DNA of 64,000 bases from an uncultured Candidatus Binatia bacterium (GTDB lineage Bacteria > Desulfobacterota > Binatia > UBA9968 > CAXXLF01), in NCBI GenBank assembly GCA_965218425.1, contig OZ244621.1, positions 2,496,001 to 2,560,000 of the forward strand. The letters are read 5' to 3'. How positions within the stretch are numbered: position 1 is the first letter of the stretch; the number at the start of each line of letters is the position of its first letter. Positions 62,043-64,000 of this stretch are shown one piece after another. The notes under the pieces are model-generated. The model was not told where the DNA came from, searched no databases, and was given only the letters and a program-made list of their open reading frames with translations. Made by a program: the position numbers and the translations under genes.

Positions 62043-63310
62043 TGACCTGCCCCCAGGAGTGGTACCACCCTTTAAGTTAGAGCCGGAATTATCTGGAGTC
62101 CAGCCCATGGGGATGAATTCCCAGCCTGCGCTCTGGGCAGAAAGGCCTCCGGTGCCGGAGAACGATAGCCCAGGGCGCTGTGAGGCCGCCGCTGGTTATA
62201 CTCTCTTCTCCATCTTTCGATCAGCACCTGAGCTTCCCTCAGGGTTTCAAACACCTCCCGGTTGAGCAGCTCATCCCTGAGTTTTCCGTTAAAACTCTCC
62301 ACGTAGCCATTCTCCCAAGGACTGCCAGGCTCGATGTAGAGTGTCCTGACACCAATGGCCTTGAGCCAGTCCCGGATAGCCTGAGCCGTAAACTCGGGGC
62401 CATTGTCGGACCGAAGGGACTGCGGCACGCCCCGTTCCACGAATAGCTCCGCTAACCGTTCCAGCACATCCCGGTGATTCATCCGTCTGGCCACATCAAT
62501 CGCCAAGCACTCCCGGGTGTATTCATCCAGGATGCTCAACAGCCGAAAGGCCCGACCGTCTTCGGTTCGCTCGTGCACGAAGTCATAACTCCACACATGG
62601 TTTCGATGCGCCGGTCTCAGGCGAATGCAGGAGCCATCAGTCAACCGGAGCCTCCCTCGCTTAGGCTGACGGCTGAGGACTTTCAGCCCTTCCTGCCTCC
62701 AGAGCCTCTCCACTCGCTTGTGGTTGACCTTCCACCCCTCCCCACGCAGCATGGCCGTAATCCTCCGGTAGCCGTATCGCCCGTATTCGCTGGCCAGCTC
62801 CATCATCCGAGCCACTAGTCTTGCTTCCTCTTCCGGGATCTCTCGGACTCTTCGTTGCGTCGATCGCGGCTGTCCCAACACTTGGCAAGCCCGGCGTTCG
62901 GAGACTCGATCAGGTCCCAATCTTTCTCTGGCCCATATCACCGCTCGTCTCCTCTTCGCCGGGCCTAGAAGTTTCCCGAGGACACTTCCTTCAGGATCTG
63001 GTTGTCCAGCGATAGATCCGCCACCAGCTTCTTCAACCGCGCATTCTCCTTGTCCAAGGCCTTGAGCCTCTTGGCCTGATCCATCTTCAGGCCTCCATAT
63101 TCCTTCCTCCACCGGTAGTAGGTCTGCACGGTTACCCCCACCTGCTTGCACACCTGGCCCACCGCCTTCCCTTGGGCCAAGCTCACCTCCGCCTCACGCA
63201 GCTTGAGGATAATCTGCTCGGCCGTAAATCGCTTTCTTGCCATCCTTGCCTCCTTCCTAAAATCAAAATCCCTAACATTTCACCTGGACTCGTTTTAGGG
63301 GGCAAGGTCA
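62043..63310 (-). mobile_element. IS3-family element, second copy (1,268 bp), no target duplication
   Basis: Same sequence as 49392-50659 apart from one difference I could see (T50437 vs C63088); flanks CCGC and ATAC differ. Confidence 0.95.
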
Positions 63311-63315
63311 ATACC

Positions 63316-63825
63316 ATGCGAAAACGCCGCCCGAACTATCGACTCGTCAAGATCCATCGCATTTATACAGTGGAGGAAATCGCCAAGCTTTTTGGCATTC
63401 ACCGAAATACGGTACGTGAGTGGATTAAACGGGGTCTCCCGAGAATTGACCGCAATCGGCCTATACTGATCTTTGGCCGCCATCTTGCCGTTTTCCTTCA
63501 AGCTCGACGAATCAAAAATAAACGGAAATGTAATCCGGGCGAAATTTACTGCGTGGGGTGCCGTGTTCCCCGGAATCCGGCTGGCGACATGGCTGACTAC
63601 CAGCCAATAACGGCGACCCTGGGAAACCTTATCGGCATCTGCCCTTGCTGTGACTCCATGATGTACCGCCGTGTCAATCGGGGTAAACTGGAGCAGGTTC
63701 GCGGGAAATTGAACATCACGCTTCCGCAAGCACGGTCACACATGGGCCAAGTCCAACAGCGTGAACGCCTCGAACGACCACGCTATCGACGTTCCGACCA
63801 GCGAACTCGGTGGGGTGCGCCATGA
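63316..63825 (+). CDS. HTH (excisionase-like) protein with Cys-rich C-terminal domain
   Basis: YTVEEIAKLFGIHRNTVREWIKRGL HTH; YCVGC...ICPCC. Confidence 0.75.
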   Translation: MRKRRPNYRLVKIHRIYTVEEIAKLFGIHRNTVREWIKRGLPRIDRNRPILIFGRHLAVFLQARRIKNKRKCNPGEIYCVGCRVPRNPAGDMADYQPITATLGNLIGICPCCDSMMYRRVNRGKLEQVRGKLNITLPQARSHMGQVQQRERLERPRYRRSDQRTRWGAP

Positions 63826-64000
63826 CCGCTGAATTTATCGCCGAGGCCATCGTCGGGCGGAAAGCCGGAAGCGGCTGGATCGCACTCTGTCCCGCCCATG
63901 ACGACCGTAACCCCAGCTTGTCCCTATCGACCGGGAAGGACGGCAAGGTTCTCTTGCGGTGTCATGCCGGATGCGATCAGGCCCAGGTGATCGACGCACT
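63822..64000 (+). CDS. P4-type primase zinc-binding domain protein (3' end outside the window)
   Basis: MTAEFIAEAIVGRKAGSGWIALCPAHDDRNPSLSL...LLRCHAGCDQ. Confidence 0.8.
   Translation, partial: MTAEFIAEAIVGRKAGSGWIALCPAHDDRNPSLSLSTGKDGKVLLRCHAGCDQAQVIDA

Larger units (their letters stand above)
40530..64000. mobile_element. genomic island integrated at the ssrA 3' end (right end beyond the window)
   Basis: P4-like integrase directly after ssrA; abrupt switch to defence, IS and primase genes; no attR copy of the ssrA 3' end seen in the window. Confidence 0.88.

Noticed and set aside
49392..63310. Composite transposon inserted as one unit
   Set aside because: Copy 1 has its own GTGG duplication inside yeeA and the outer flanks (GTGG vs ATAC) do not match
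63172..63315. N-terminal extension of the 217-aa ORF in the ORF track
   Set aside because: It lies inside the IS; the real HTH gene starts at ATG 63316

Overview
The window has two parts. (1) Core chromosome, about 1-40,530, almost all on the + strand. Gene content suggests a deltaproteobacterial-type (Binatota/Myxococcota/Desulfobacterota-like) Gram-negative organism; this is inference only. In order: 3' end of an M16 peptidase, dut, purB-C-S-Q-L-F, a small block of metabolic genes (a methyltransferase pseudogene, PPOX-class oxidoreductase, SDR, FAD oxidase, M48 lipoprotein peptidase), zinc-ribbon protein-rnhA-rnpB (RNase P RNA), a complete dcw cluster from mraZ to ftsZ with a STAS gene inserted after mraZ, acpS, mtnA-gshA, dNK-panBCD, smpB and ssrA (tmRNA, tag ADDFEYALAA). 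(2) From about 40,530 to the window end: a genomic island integrated at the 3' end of ssrA by a P4-like tyrosine integrase; attR is not in the window. The island is a defence hot spot. It carries a 1,286-aa RecD-like helicase fused to a C-terminal nuclease-like domain, and a yeeA(dnmA)-yeeB-yeeC-like restriction-modification module with a DinJ-YafQ toxin-antitoxin pair embedded in it. That module's methyltransferase is broken by both a TAG and an IS3 insertion. The island also has an intact AT-rich three-gene operon ending in a HEPN protein, a decayed type I RM locus, IS6/IS1/IS3 debris, two near-identical 1,268-bp IS3 copies, and backbone genes (HTH, primase). Best novelty candidates: the three-gene HEPN cassette, the helicase-nuclease fusion, the TA-coupled yeeABC module, and tandem NrdR-like boxes upstream of the dcw cluster. 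All family calls come from recognising motifs by eye; no searches were run.
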